A stretch of DNA of 64,000 nucleotides from Acidimicrobiales bacterium (GTDB taxonomy: Bacteria; Actinomycetota; Acidimicrobiia; Acidimicrobiales; Bog-793). The notes under the pieces are model-generated. The model was not told the origin of the DNA, did no database searches, and saw only the letters and a list, made by a program, of their open reading frames with translations. The number at the start of each line of letters is the position of its first letter. Within the stretch, counting starts at the first letter, position 1. The position numbers and the translations under genes were made by a program. Below are positions 55,891-64,000 of this stretch, one piece after another. The DNA is taken from the NCBI GenBank assembly GCA_035294725.1, contig DATGKK010000019.1, positions 594 through 64,593 of the forward strand, written 5' to 3'.

Positions 55891-56553
55891 TCAGCCGAGG
55901 TGCGAGACCTCGTTGAACCCGCGCACGAGCCAGGTCTCGCCGACGACGACGATCCGCGAAATGCTCCCGTTGTCGGCGCCGATGAAGGCGAACGGGCGTG
56001 AGCCGCTCGCGATGGCGAGGATCATCCCGATGGTGCCGCCGTGCGCCACGGCAACGATCCGCTGGCCGTGGTGGGCGGCCGCCATGCGGCTGATGCCGGC
56101 TCTCAGCCGGGCTGCGAACGCCTCGTTGCTCTCGGCACCGGGGATCACGTCCCAGCGTTGCTGGCGGAGGAGCTCGCGCGCGAGGGGGTGGCCCTCTGCC
56201 ACGTGCTCGCGATAGCGGCCGCCCTCCCACTCACCGAGGTGGACCTCGCGCAGGTCGGCTTCGACGATCGGAGTGAGGCCGACTCTTGCGGCGAGCGGGG
56301 CCGCCGTCTCGGAGGTGCGCCGGAGCGTCGTCACGTAGATGGCGTCGATCTCCTCGCCCGCGAGCCGCTCTGCCACGCGCTCGGCTTGCTCCCGCCCTTC
56401 GGGGGCAAGGGGTGGGTCACCCTGACCGTCGAGGAGGTCGAACTCCTGGCCGCTCACTGAGGGGATCGTCTCCCCGTGTCGGACGAGGAGGATCTCCGTG
56501 CCGCCGCGGGGCAGGGAGAAGCGGTGCTGGCGGTACTGCCTCGGCGCGTTCAC
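55891..56553 (-). CDS. Histidine phosphatase family protein (phosphoglycerate mutase-like)
   Basis: ILLVRHGET (RHG motif), ...RTSETAAPL..., VAVAHGGTI. Confidence 0.85.
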   Translation of the reverse strand: MNAPRQYRQHRFSLPRGGTEILLVRHGETIPSVSGQEFDLLDGQGDPPLAPEGREQAERVAERLAGEEIDAIYVTTLRRTSETAAPLAARVGLTPIVEADLREVHLGEWEGGRYREHVAEGHPLARELLRQQRWDVIPGAESNEAFAARLRAGISRMAAAHHGQRIVAVAHGGTIGMILAIASGSRPFAFIGADNGSISRIVVVGETWLVRGFNEVSHLG

Positions 56554-56963
56554 TCCTCGCGGTCGATGCAGGGAGCCACGATCCCTCCCGCCACGACGGC
56601 CGCGACCGTGAGACCGAGCACGCCCCAGCGCGTGAACCTCGGCAGCTCGCCGAAGGTGAGGGTGGTGGCGAGGACGTCACCGGCGTCGGACAGGGCTCCC
56701 GCCTCGATCCACCCCCGCACCGGCCCGCCGTGCCGCTCGGCGAGGAGGGCTCCCGCCGCAAGAGCGATGTCCCGGCTGCCGAGTGCGCGACCGAGGAGCC
56801 GCCCACCAGGGTCGCGGGCCGTGACGGCTCCCGCCCACGGCCGGATCGCGAGCCGGGGCGCCACCCAGGCAAGGGCACCGATCCCGCCGCGCAGGGCGGC
56901 GAGCGCCTTCCCGGCCAGGAGGGCCTGCTCACGGCTGAGCAGCTTCGGGAGCACGTCACTCAT
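56550..56963 (-). CDS. Small hydrophobic protein, function unknown
   Basis: 137 aa. Start and stop overlap the flanking genes by 4 nt each. Ala/Gly/Leu-rich, with a C-terminal TM GVLGLTVAAVVAGGIVAP. Confidence 0.5.
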   Translation of the reverse strand: MSDVLPKLLSREQALLAGKALAALRGGIGALAWVAPRLAIRPWAGAVTARDPGGRLLGRALGSRDIALAAGALLAERHGGPVRGWIEAGALSDAGDVLATTLTFGELPRFTRWGVLGLTVAAVVAGGIVAPCIDREE

Positions 56964-58249
56964 ATGTCCATCACCGCCGTCATCGACGCAGCATCCATCT
57001 CCGGCTCGGGCATCCCGCCTGCGAGCGGCTCGAGGTAGCGCCGGATCGCGATGGCTGCGGCCGCGCCCTCACCGGCCGCGGAGGCGGCCTGCTTGGTGCT
57101 CCCGGCACGGGCATCGCCGGCCGCGAAGACTCCGGGAAGGGAGGTCTGCAATCCGGCATCAGTGAGGATGAAGCCCTGCCCGTCGCGCTCCACCAGCTCT
57201 GCGACCACCTCGGTGTTCGGCGCGAGGCCGATGAACACGAACACGCCGGCCGGGTGCAGCTCACGGCGTGCCCCCGTGGCGGCGTCCTCGACCACGACCG
57301 TCTCGAGGTGCCCGTTGCCGCGGAGCTCCACGGTGGTGACACCGGTCAGCACGTCGACGTCGGGGTGCTCGGTGACCTTGTCGACCACCACCTTGCTCGC
57401 GCTGAGCTCTGGGTCCCGGGTCGCGATCGTGACGTGGCGGGCGAAACGCGTGAGGAAGAGCCCCTCCTCGCCTGCCGAATTGCCGCCCCCGATGACGAGC
57501 ACGTCCTCGCCCCGGTAGAAGGCGCCGTCGCAGGTGGCGCAGAAGTGGACCCCCGCCCCGATGAAGTCCTCCTCTCCCGGCACGCCGAGCCGGCGGTAGG
57601 TGGAGCCGAGGGCGAGCAGGACGGCGTAGGAGGCGTACTCGGCGCCATCGGCAGTCCGCACGCGCCGGAACATGCCGTCGACCTCGATCCCGGTCACCTC
57701 CTGGGCGGCAAGGATCTCGACGCCGAAGCGCTCGGCCTGGCGGCGGAGCCGGCCGGCGAACTCGTCCCCTGTGACTCCTTCGGGGAAGCCGGGGAAGTTG
57801 TCGAGCCGCTCGGTGACGCCGGCCTGGCCGCCGATCCCTCCTCGCTCGATCACGAGGGTGTCGATGCCGTCGCGCGCGGCGTAGAGGGCTGCCGTGAGGC
57901 CGGCGGGACCGCTCCCGACCACGATGAGGTCGTAGAAGCTGCGAGAGGCCATCGTCGACAGCCCGAGCTTCGCGGCGAGCTCGGCGTTCGATGGCTCGAC
58001 GAGCGTCGATCCGTCCGGGAAGCGGATCACGGGGATGATCCGCTTGCCGCCGTTCACGGCTTCGACGTAGGCGAGCCCCTCGGCATCCGCGTCGACGTCG
58101 GTGAAGCGGTAGTGGATGCGCTGCTCGCCGAAGAACTGCTTCGCTCGCTTGCAGTCGCCGCACCACTGGGTGCCGAAGACGTGGATCCCGGGCTCGGTCT
58201 CGTCGTTGCTCGCGCCGTAGGGCATGAGGCGAGTCTGCCCCATGGCCAC
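56960..58249 (-). CDS. Fusion protein: N-terminal glutaredoxin/NrdH-like domain + thioredoxin-reductase-like flavoprotein
   Basis: N-terminus IHVFGTQWCGDCKRAKQFFGEQRIHYRFTDVD...IPVIRFPDGS (CxxC Trx fold). Then YDLIVVGSGPAGLTAALYA, CATCDGAFY and VIGGGNSAGEEG. Confidence 0.85.
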   Translation of the reverse strand: MAMGQTRLMPYGASNDETEPGIHVFGTQWCGDCKRAKQFFGEQRIHYRFTDVDADAEGLAYVEAVNGGKRIIPVIRFPDGSTLVEPSNAELAAKLGLSTMASRSFYDLIVVGSGPAGLTAALYAARDGIDTLVIERGGIGGQAGVTERLDNFPGFPEGVTGDEFAGRLRRQAERFGVEILAAQEVTGIEVDGMFRRVRTADGAEYASYAVLLALGSTYRRLGVPGEEDFIGAGVHFCATCDGAFYRGEDVLVIGGGNSAGEEGLFLTRFARHVTIATRDPELSASKVVVDKVTEHPDVDVLTGVTTVELRGNGHLETVVVEDAATGARRELHPAGVFVFIGLAPNTEVVAELVERDGQGFILTDAGLQTSLPGVFAAGDARAGSTKQAASAAGEGAAAAIAIRRYLEPLAGGMPEPEMDAASMTAVMDI

Positions 58250-58263
58250 GGCGTGGCGCTATC

Positions 58264-60063
58264 TCACCAGCCTGGCACCTCGCCAGCGGCGACGAGGGAG
58301 GAGTAGAGGGCGATCTGGTCGCGGCCGAGCGCCTTCGCCCGGTACATGGCGGCGTCGGCATGGCCGACGACGTCCTCCAGCGTGTGGCCGTGGTCGGGCA
58401 GGATGGCGATGCCGATCGAGGCCGTGACCTGGGAGCCACCTCCATTTGGCGGGACGAGTCGGGCGAGCGCCTCTCGGACCTCGGTCGCCACCTCCTGGGC
58501 ACCTTTCTCGTCGCAGTCGCGCAGCAGCAGCACGAACTCGTCCCCGCCGAAGCGCACCACGGCGTCGCCCGAGCGCACGGCGGAGGTGAGGGTGCGGGCG
58601 ACCTGCTTCAGCACGACGTCACCGGAGGCGTGCCCGTGGGCGTCGTTCACGCTCTTGAAGCCGTCCAGATCGACGAGGAGGACGCCGATGCTGCTCTTGG
58701 AGCGCAGCGCCTGGGCCGCCTCGCGGGGCGCCAGCTCCTCCCACCACCTCTTGTTGAGCAGTCCCGTCACGGTGTCCGTGACCACCCGTTCGGCCAGCTC
58801 GGCCCGCTGGTTGGCCGCGCACCAGGCGTCCGCACCGAGCTTTCCGAGCAACGCGGCCCGCTCGAGGTCACGCTCGCTATAGCGGTCGGCGCCGTCCCGC
58901 CAGAGGTCGAGGACGCCGAGACGAGCGGCGCCCGAGATGAGCGGGACCACGATCATGGACTCGTCGGCGTCGTCCTGCTCTGGGATCGGCGCCGCCTCGG
59001 GATGCTCGGCCGTGCTGCCGCAACGGTACGGCTGGCCCTGGAGGAACGCCCACCCGGTGATCCCCATGTTCAGCGTGTAGGTGACGTCCTGGAGCGGCTG
59101 GAGAGCTTCGCCGACGAGGATGCGGGGCCGGAGAAGGTAGCGGTCCCAGTCGGCCTCGAAGACGGCGATGCGGTCCGCGGGCACGAGCTGCGGCACGATC
59201 TCGACGAGAGCCTGGAGCACGGCTCCCGGGTCGCCTGCACTCGTAAGCTGGCCCGACCACTCCGTCAGCATCGCGGCCAGGTGCCGGTCGTCGATGACGT
59301 CGGGGTGTGACATGGCCGGCAGGAAGCGGACCTCGGGCTCCGGCCGGGTGCCGGTGGTGAGCCGCCGGACGGACCGCTCCTTGAACCAGGAAGGGCGCAC
59401 GACGAGGTCGCCCTCGAGGGCCAGGCCCGCATCGAGCACGACCGGGCCGTGCAGGTGGTCGCCCATCCCGTAGAAGACGCCGGCCTCGAGCAGGAGGCGG
59501 GAGGTGGCGTCGGAGTCGACCCCGCTCGCGACGAGACGGGCTCCGAGGTGGCCGCAGAACGCGAGCAAGCCGGCGAGGGCGGCGGCGGCGGAGTCGGCTC
59601 CGAGCTGCTCGACGGCACCGGTCGCCATGACGAGGAACGCGGGCCGTGTCGCCACCACCTCCTCCCAGGCGACCGTGAGCGGGCTGACCCCGTCGAGGCC
59701 GACGCGGAAGCCCTCTTGGGCGAGCCGCTCGGCGTGCCTCTGCGTGGCGGTGAGGCCGCCCTCCCGGCTCCGGTGGCGGGGATCGGGCAGCATCCAGACG
59801 ACCTCGGCCGGCCCGCAGCCGGCGGCTCGTGCATGGGTCACCGGGTCGAAGCAGGGGTCGGCGAGCAGATCCGGCTCCAGGTGGACCAGCATCGGCGCCA
59901 CGCCGAGATGTGCTGCCCGCCCTAGGGCGAGATCGACGAGCTCGACGGCGCGCGGCCGGCAACCCGCCCATCTGCCGGTGGCGTCGTAGGCGACCACCCG
60001 CCCGTCGCTCATGTCCATCACCGGGCGCAGGGCGACTCCCGCCGGTGCGTGCCGTGATGTCAT
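58264..60063 (-). CDS. Degenerate EAL-like domain + GAF + GGDEF diguanylate cyclase
   Basis: C-terminus LLVDLDGFKSVNDAHGH...RSGDAVVRFGGDEFVLLL (I-site RxxD plus intact GGDEF). GAF-like ADRIAVFEADWDRYLL...VVPLISGAARLGVLDLW. N-terminal EAL-like RPVMDMSDGRVVAYDATGRW has YDA in place of EAL. ATG at 60063. Confidence 0.83.
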   Translation of the reverse strand: MTSRHAPAGVALRPVMDMSDGRVVAYDATGRWAGCRPRAVELVDLALGRAAHLGVAPMLVHLEPDLLADPCFDPVTHARAAGCGPAEVVWMLPDPRHRSREGGLTATQRHAERLAQEGFRVGLDGVSPLTVAWEEVVATRPAFLVMATGAVEQLGADSAAAALAGLLAFCGHLGARLVASGVDSDATSRLLLEAGVFYGMGDHLHGPVVLDAGLALEGDLVVRPSWFKERSVRRLTTGTRPEPEVRFLPAMSHPDVIDDRHLAAMLTEWSGQLTSAGDPGAVLQALVEIVPQLVPADRIAVFEADWDRYLLRPRILVGEALQPLQDVTYTLNMGITGWAFLQGQPYRCGSTAEHPEAAPIPEQDDADESMIVVPLISGAARLGVLDLWRDGADRYSERDLERAALLGKLGADAWCAANQRAELAERVVTDTVTGLLNKRWWEELAPREAAQALRSKSSIGVLLVDLDGFKSVNDAHGHASGDVVLKQVARTLTSAVRSGDAVVRFGGDEFVLLLRDCDEKGAQEVATEVREALARLVPPNGGGSQVTASIGIAILPDHGHTLEDVVGHADAAMYRAKALGRDQIALYSSLVAAGEVPGW

Positions 60064-60481
60064 CTCTCGTCTGTCGTTCCCGGCCACCACTTCCCCCGCG
60101 AGGCGTGTTGCCTCAGGCCTGCCGTGCGCTCGGGTACACGGCGCCGGCCACCGCCTCCGTGGTTCGTTATCGGCCCGCGAGAGCTCGAACTTTACGTGCA
60201 GTCGCGACATTGCAGGTGTCGATATCTCTGGGAGCGGAGGCCGCCGCCACAGCTCGGCAGACCAGCGGGGTCCCGGCGGCCCCGCTGCCCCCGGGGGTGA
60301 GCTCGGCCCGTTCCGACCGAGGGCGGGCGGCGAGCCGGACGCCTGCCCGGTCGCTCGCTCGGCGCGCTCCCCCGGGGCCGGTGAGGCTTCGTGCAACCGT
60401 GTGAGTCGGATCGCCGAGCGGGTGTGGGCGCTCGCAGGGCTGGTGCGTCGGGTTGTGACGTCGGCGGCATTCTGTGAGGCT

Positions 60482-61186
60482 GTGGTGGTGGCGCGCCGGT
60501 TCATCCTCTGGGACGTCGACGGCACTCTGCTCACGACTGGCTCCGCCGGCCGCCTCGCTCTCGAGCACGCCGCAGCCCTGGCCGCTGGCCTTGACCTGGC
60601 CACCCTGCCCCATGTCGTGATGGGTGGGAAGACCGATCCCCAGATCCTTCAAGAGATCTTCGGGGCGGCGGGGCTCTCAGAGCAACAGATTGGTCGCGTG
60701 ATGGGGGTCGCCGTGCGGGAGGCCGAGCGGTACCTTGCCGCTCAGGTGGAGAGGATCCAGTCTGAGGGCAGGGTGCACCCCGGAGTGCGGGAGCTGCTCG
60801 AGCACCTCTCCAAGCTCGACGGAGTGCGCCAGAGCCTTCTCACGGGCAACCTCAGGCCCAACGCGCTCGTGAAGGTGGCGTCCTTCGGCCTCGACGGCTA
60901 CCTCGACATGGAGGTTGGTGCCTACGGCTCCGATCATGCCGACCGCGCTCTTCTCGTGCCGGTCGCGCTGGGGCGGGCGCGCGAATTGCGGGGGGAGTCC
61001 TATCTCGGCGACGAGGTGTGGGTGATCGGTGACACTCGGCACGACCTTGCCTGTGCCAGGGCAGGTGGCGTGAGGGCCCTGCTCGTCGGGACGGGACGAG
61101 ACGGCGTCAGCGCTGAGGACGCCGACGCCTTCTACGAGAACCTGGCGGACACGAGCGCCGTCCTCGAGACGCTGCTCGGCGGCTGA
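60482..61186 (+). CDS. HAD-superfamily hydrolase
   Basis: Motif I ILWDVDGTLL. Later VWVIGDTRHDLACARAGG. Start is one of the GTGs at 60482-60490. The ORF-track start (60011) is antisense to the GGDEF gene. Confidence 0.75.
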   Translation: MVVARRFILWDVDGTLLTTGSAGRLALEHAAALAAGLDLATLPHVVMGGKTDPQILQEIFGAAGLSEQQIGRVMGVAVREAERYLAAQVERIQSEGRVHPGVRELLEHLSKLDGVRQSLLTGNLRPNALVKVASFGLDGYLDMEVGAYGSDHADRALLVPVALGRARELRGESYLGDEVWVIGDTRHDLACARAGGVRALLVGTGRDGVSAEDADAFYENLADTSAVLETLLGG

Positions 61187-61543
61187 GCGACCCATTCTCG
61201 GGCCGCCGTCACCGGGCGCCAGCCTCTGCTCGGAGCGTCCGCTCGGAGTTGCTCTCGCCACTCTGCTGCGAGACGAGGTAGACGAACCCCGGCTGCCCGG
61301 CCCCCGCCGGCTGCCCAGCGGAGCACTCGAGCGCCTTCCCCATCGTGGCGGTGCCAGGTCCGACCGCCGACCGCACGGTCGGGGCATCGTGAGGCCAGCT
61401 CGGGCTCGACCCCGTGATCTGGCGGAACTCGGACCGGTCCAGGTCGTGGGCTTGCGACGGTGCCCTCGTGCTCGCATGACGAGGCGGGAGGAGCCGCCTC
61501 GCCGCGACGGGGCGGTGGCCCCGCAGGCAGCCGGGCGATACCG

Positions 61544-63967
61544 TCAGGTCGCTCCCCCGGTCGCCGTCTCAGCTGCAGACCTCAGCTGGTCGAACAGCTC
61601 CGTCAGCTCGGCGCCGTAGGCCTCCAGCTTCACCGGCCCGATGCCGGGGATGGCGGCGAGGCCGGTCTCGCTCGTTGGGAGCGCCGCAGCGAGCGCCGTC
61701 AGCGTCTTGTCGTCGAACACGGTGTAAGCGGGCTTCCCGGAGGATCTTGCCCGCTCGCTCCGCCAGGCCCGAAGGTGCTCGGACGCCTCGATGCAGGCAG
61801 GGTGTCCGAGCACGACGCTCTCGCCCTCGGAGCTCACGATCGAGCCGAAGGGCACGACGATGAACGCCCGGCCCCCCCGAACTGCGGCGGTCGCCCCGCC
61901 ACCGGCGACCGACGTCACTTCGTAGTCGTGCCCCTGCTGCTCGAAGCGCAACCCGACGGCTGCCGGGACCGTCTTCAGCTTGGCCGGCCGGCTCTGCGCT
62001 CTCTCCGAGCGGGGCGAGGGGCTGGGGCGGCGAGGCGGAGGTCTATGGCGGCCAGCACCCGCCTCGGCACCGTCTGACCGCTCCGCGCGAGGGCGGGCCT
62101 TCGTCGCCGACGCAGACGGAGCGGCGCCTGACATCTCGGCCACGAACGGTGAGGGGGGTGAGCCGGTGACGACGGTCACCGTGTCGACGCAGCGGGTGAG
62201 CGCGACATGGAACACTCTCCGCTCCTCCTCGACGTCGGCTGCGAGCCGGTGCGGCAGCAGGCCGTCTGTGGCATGGTGCAGCACGACGTGCGGCCACTCA
62301 CGACCTTTCACCGAGTGGATCGAGGCGAGCGTCACGCCCGACTCATTGCTCGGCCCCGCGAGGTGCTCGCGGAGCCAGTCCTCGAAACCGGCCGGATCCG
62401 GCTCGAGCTCTGCCAGCTCGCTCAGCGCTGCCAAGTCGTCGGAGTGGGACGCGATCGCACCGTGAGCCCATCGGTCGAGGGCATCCGCGCTGGCGTCGAG
62501 ACCGCCAGCGGCGAGTTGGGAGCGGACCAGCCTCAGCACGGAGGCGGTGGTCGCACCCTCGCGCTCCGCAGCTCGCCGCACGGCCCTCACGTCTGCGGCG
62601 AGCTCCTCCACCTTGCGGGCCTCCCGGCCGCTGCCCTTCGATTCCAGCCACGTGGCCAGGCTCGTGAGGCCCTCGAGTGATCGCCGCCTCGCCACGAGGT
62701 CGAGGAGCGACTGGCTCATGGCGCGCTTCGGCCGCCGCGCCGCCTCTCGCAGGGAACTGCCCGGGATCGATGATGGTGGTGCGGTCGCAACGGACAGCCA
62801 GGCGAGCGCCGCCCGGACCCCGCCTCGCTGCAGGAAGTGGCTGTCGGCAGGGCGGTTGACGGCGATACCGGCATGGCGGAGAAGGACGTGCACCGGGACG
62901 AGCGATGCGTTCACCCGGGCGAGCACCGCGACCTCGGCCGTTCCGGCGCCGCCGGCCAGCAGCTCGGCAACCCGCCGGGCCGTGGTGGAGGCGGGTCGGT
63001 CCGCGCCGTCCGCGACGGTGAGCGCGGCACCGGCGGTGGCCTTCGCGGAGCGGATCTCCTTTGGCACGCGGACCGAGTTGTGGCGAAGAAGGGAGGCGGC
63101 CGCCGTCACCACCGGCGCGGGGCACCGGTAGTTGACCTGCAGGGGATGGTCGGCGGAGCCCGGGAACCACCGGTCGAAGTCGATGAGCCACCGGGGGGTC
63201 GCGCCGGAGTAGCCGTAGATCGTCTGGTCGTCGTCCCCGACGGCGAAGACGGCGCCGGCCGGACCGGAGAGCAGGCGGATGAGCAGCATGTGAGCCGGTG
63301 TGAGGTCCTGGAACTCGTCGACGAGCAGCACTCGTGCGAAGCGCTGGCTCCGCCGGCGCCACACCGGATCCGCCAGAAGGCGCTCGAGGGCGACCGTCAC
63401 CTGCTCGTCGAAATCGGCGAGGCCCTTGTCAGCGAGGGTGGCGCGGTAGCGGCGGGTCACGTCGTCGAGGTCGGACACATCACCGATCTCCTCCTCCACC
63501 GCATCGGGCTGCGCCAGACCAAGCCTCACCCGGCTGAGTGCCTCGAGCCAGGGTGCTGCAGGGTCGGTCTCGGCCCGGCGGGGGAACGGGACGAGGTCAC
63601 CGAGGATGCGACGGACGTCGGGCTCCTCGACGGTGACCCTCCCCCCGCAGAGGCGGAGCGCAAGAGCATTGAGGGTGCGGATGCGCAGCGCCGGCAGGTC
63701 GCTCAGCCGGGTCCGCATCTCCTCCGCAGCGCGCACGTTGTACGCCACGAGTGCCATCGCCGCCGCGGGAAGCTTCCATCCTGCTTGGAGCAGGCGTGCC
63801 CGCTCGGTGAGCACCCGCGTCTTGCCCGATCCTGCGGGGGCGATCACTCGGGCTCCCGCGAGGGGCTCGGCGACGGCGGCGAGCTGGTCCGGTGCGAGAT
63901 CCAGCCCGGTCGGTCGCGGGCAAGCGAGCGGCTCGAGCGACCCGTGCTCGAGCCCGAGCCGGTGCAC
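61544..63967 (-). CDS. UvrD/REP-family helicase with a C-terminal HRDC domain (UvrD2-like architecture)
   Basis: Walker A APAGSGKTRVLTERA, motif II LLVDEFQDLTP, SIHSVKGREWPHVVL, VALTRCVDTVTVV. Then a disordered linker and HRDC-like LRAWRSERARSSGKPAYTVFDDKTLTALAAALPTSETGLAAIPGIGPVKLEAYG. Confidence 0.85.
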   Translation of the reverse strand: MHRLGLEHGSLEPLACPRPTGLDLAPDQLAAVAEPLAGARVIAPAGSGKTRVLTERARLLQAGWKLPAAAMALVAYNVRAAEEMRTRLSDLPALRIRTLNALALRLCGGRVTVEEPDVRRILGDLVPFPRRAETDPAAPWLEALSRVRLGLAQPDAVEEEIGDVSDLDDVTRRYRATLADKGLADFDEQVTVALERLLADPVWRRRSQRFARVLLVDEFQDLTPAHMLLIRLLSGPAGAVFAVGDDDQTIYGYSGATPRWLIDFDRWFPGSADHPLQVNYRCPAPVVTAAASLLRHNSVRVPKEIRSAKATAGAALTVADGADRPASTTARRVAELLAGGAGTAEVAVLARVNASLVPVHVLLRHAGIAVNRPADSHFLQRGGVRAALAWLSVATAPPSSIPGSSLREAARRPKRAMSQSLLDLVARRRSLEGLTSLATWLESKGSGREARKVEELAADVRAVRRAAEREGATTASVLRLVRSQLAAGGLDASADALDRWAHGAIASHSDDLAALSELAELEPDPAGFEDWLREHLAGPSNESGVTLASIHSVKGREWPHVVLHHATDGLLPHRLAADVEEERRVFHVALTRCVDTVTVVTGSPPSPFVAEMSGAAPSASATKARPRAERSDGAEAGAGRHRPPPRRPSPSPRSERAQSRPAKLKTVPAAVGLRFEQQGHDYEVTSVAGGGATAAVRGGRAFIVVPFGSIVSSEGESVVLGHPACIEASEHLRAWRSERARSSGKPAYTVFDDKTLTALAAALPTSETGLAAIPGIGPVKLEAYGAELTELFDQLRSAAETATGGAT

Positions 63968-64000
63968 GACGGCTGACCCCAGCCTGCCAGCGAGGGAGAC

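Noticed and set aside
57261-58502. 413-aa, 364-aa, 339-aa and similar Arg/Pro-rich ORFs (57261-58502, 58877-59971, 62343-63362, 43557-44648, 20553-21599, 27634-28635, 39970-41016)
   Set aside because: All are alternate frames of well-supported genes on the same or opposite strand. Their composition is dominated by Arg, Pro, Gly and Ala, as expected from reading GC-rich codons out of frame.
1-64000. Searched by eye for CRISPR arrays, rRNA, transposases/IS ends, integrases, phage genes and recognisable defence genes (restriction-modification, Cas, toxin-antitoxin beyond the VapC tail)
   Set aside because: None found. There are no regularly spaced direct repeats of 25-40 bp, no DDE or serine/tyrosine recombinase motifs in any translated ORF, and no 16S/23S-like sequence.

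Overview
The window is a very GC-rich chromosomal replication-origin region with the gene order typical of Actinomycetota. Third codon positions are almost all G/C, which generates many long spurious ORFs on the opposite strand and in alternate frames.

Gene order, left to right:
- a VapC (PIN) gene tail and tRNA-Ile(GAU);
- minus strand: gyrA, gyrB, a DUF721/DciA-type gene, recF, dnaN, dnaA, with a DnaA-box-rich dnaA-dnaN spacer that is the probable oriC;
- plus strand: rpmH, rnpA, yidD, yidC, jag, rsmG, two parS sites, parA, parB;
- an 815-bp gap with no convincing gene;
- minus strand: cwlM-like, trxA, trxB, a small membrane protein, DegV, murJ, and a large Rv3909-like envelope protein;
- an HDAC-family deacetylase and the CCA-adding enzyme;
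- minus strand: ino1 and PadR;
- DUF5318, panB, rpsF-ssb-rpsR-rplI, and dnaB carrying a 193-aa mini-intein.

The right half (about 35.6-64 kb) is more accessory. It holds GNAT, AlkB-like and aldo-keto reductase genes and a BNR beta-propeller translationally coupled to a MoaD/ThiS-like protein ending in Gly-Gly. Next come a DUF5937/ArsR regulator divergent from a small ORF, an acyl-CoA synthetase and a flavin reductase, followed by an ArsR-MFS-hydrolase operon. A kinase-like/flippase-like fusion protein, an F420-type LLM oxidoreductase and pfkA follow. After these is an RsbW-unknown-STAS partner-switching operon with no sigma factor, then pterin dehydratase and a PLP decarboxylase. The last block holds a DEDDh exonuclease, an operon of degenerate-EAL/GAF/GGDEF, glutaredoxin-like/TrxR fusion, membrane protein and His-phosphatase, a HAD hydrolase, and a UvrD-family helicase with a C-terminal HRDC domain.

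I saw no rRNA, CRISPR array, transposase or prophage. I do not see a clear-cut novel multi-gene system such as a defence island. The items most worth follow-up are:
- the BNR/beta-grasp-GG gene pair;
- the long non-coding gap after parB, which carries a perfect DnaA-box inverted pair;
- the partner-switching operon with an embedded uncharacterised gene;
- the kinase/flippase fusion;
- the Grx-TrxR fusion in a c-di-GMP operon;
- two places where the coding frame appears to shift.

All functional calls rest on motifs read by eye from the supplied translations. No database search was run. Many start codons are uncertain, because the ORF track gives the longest possible ORFs.
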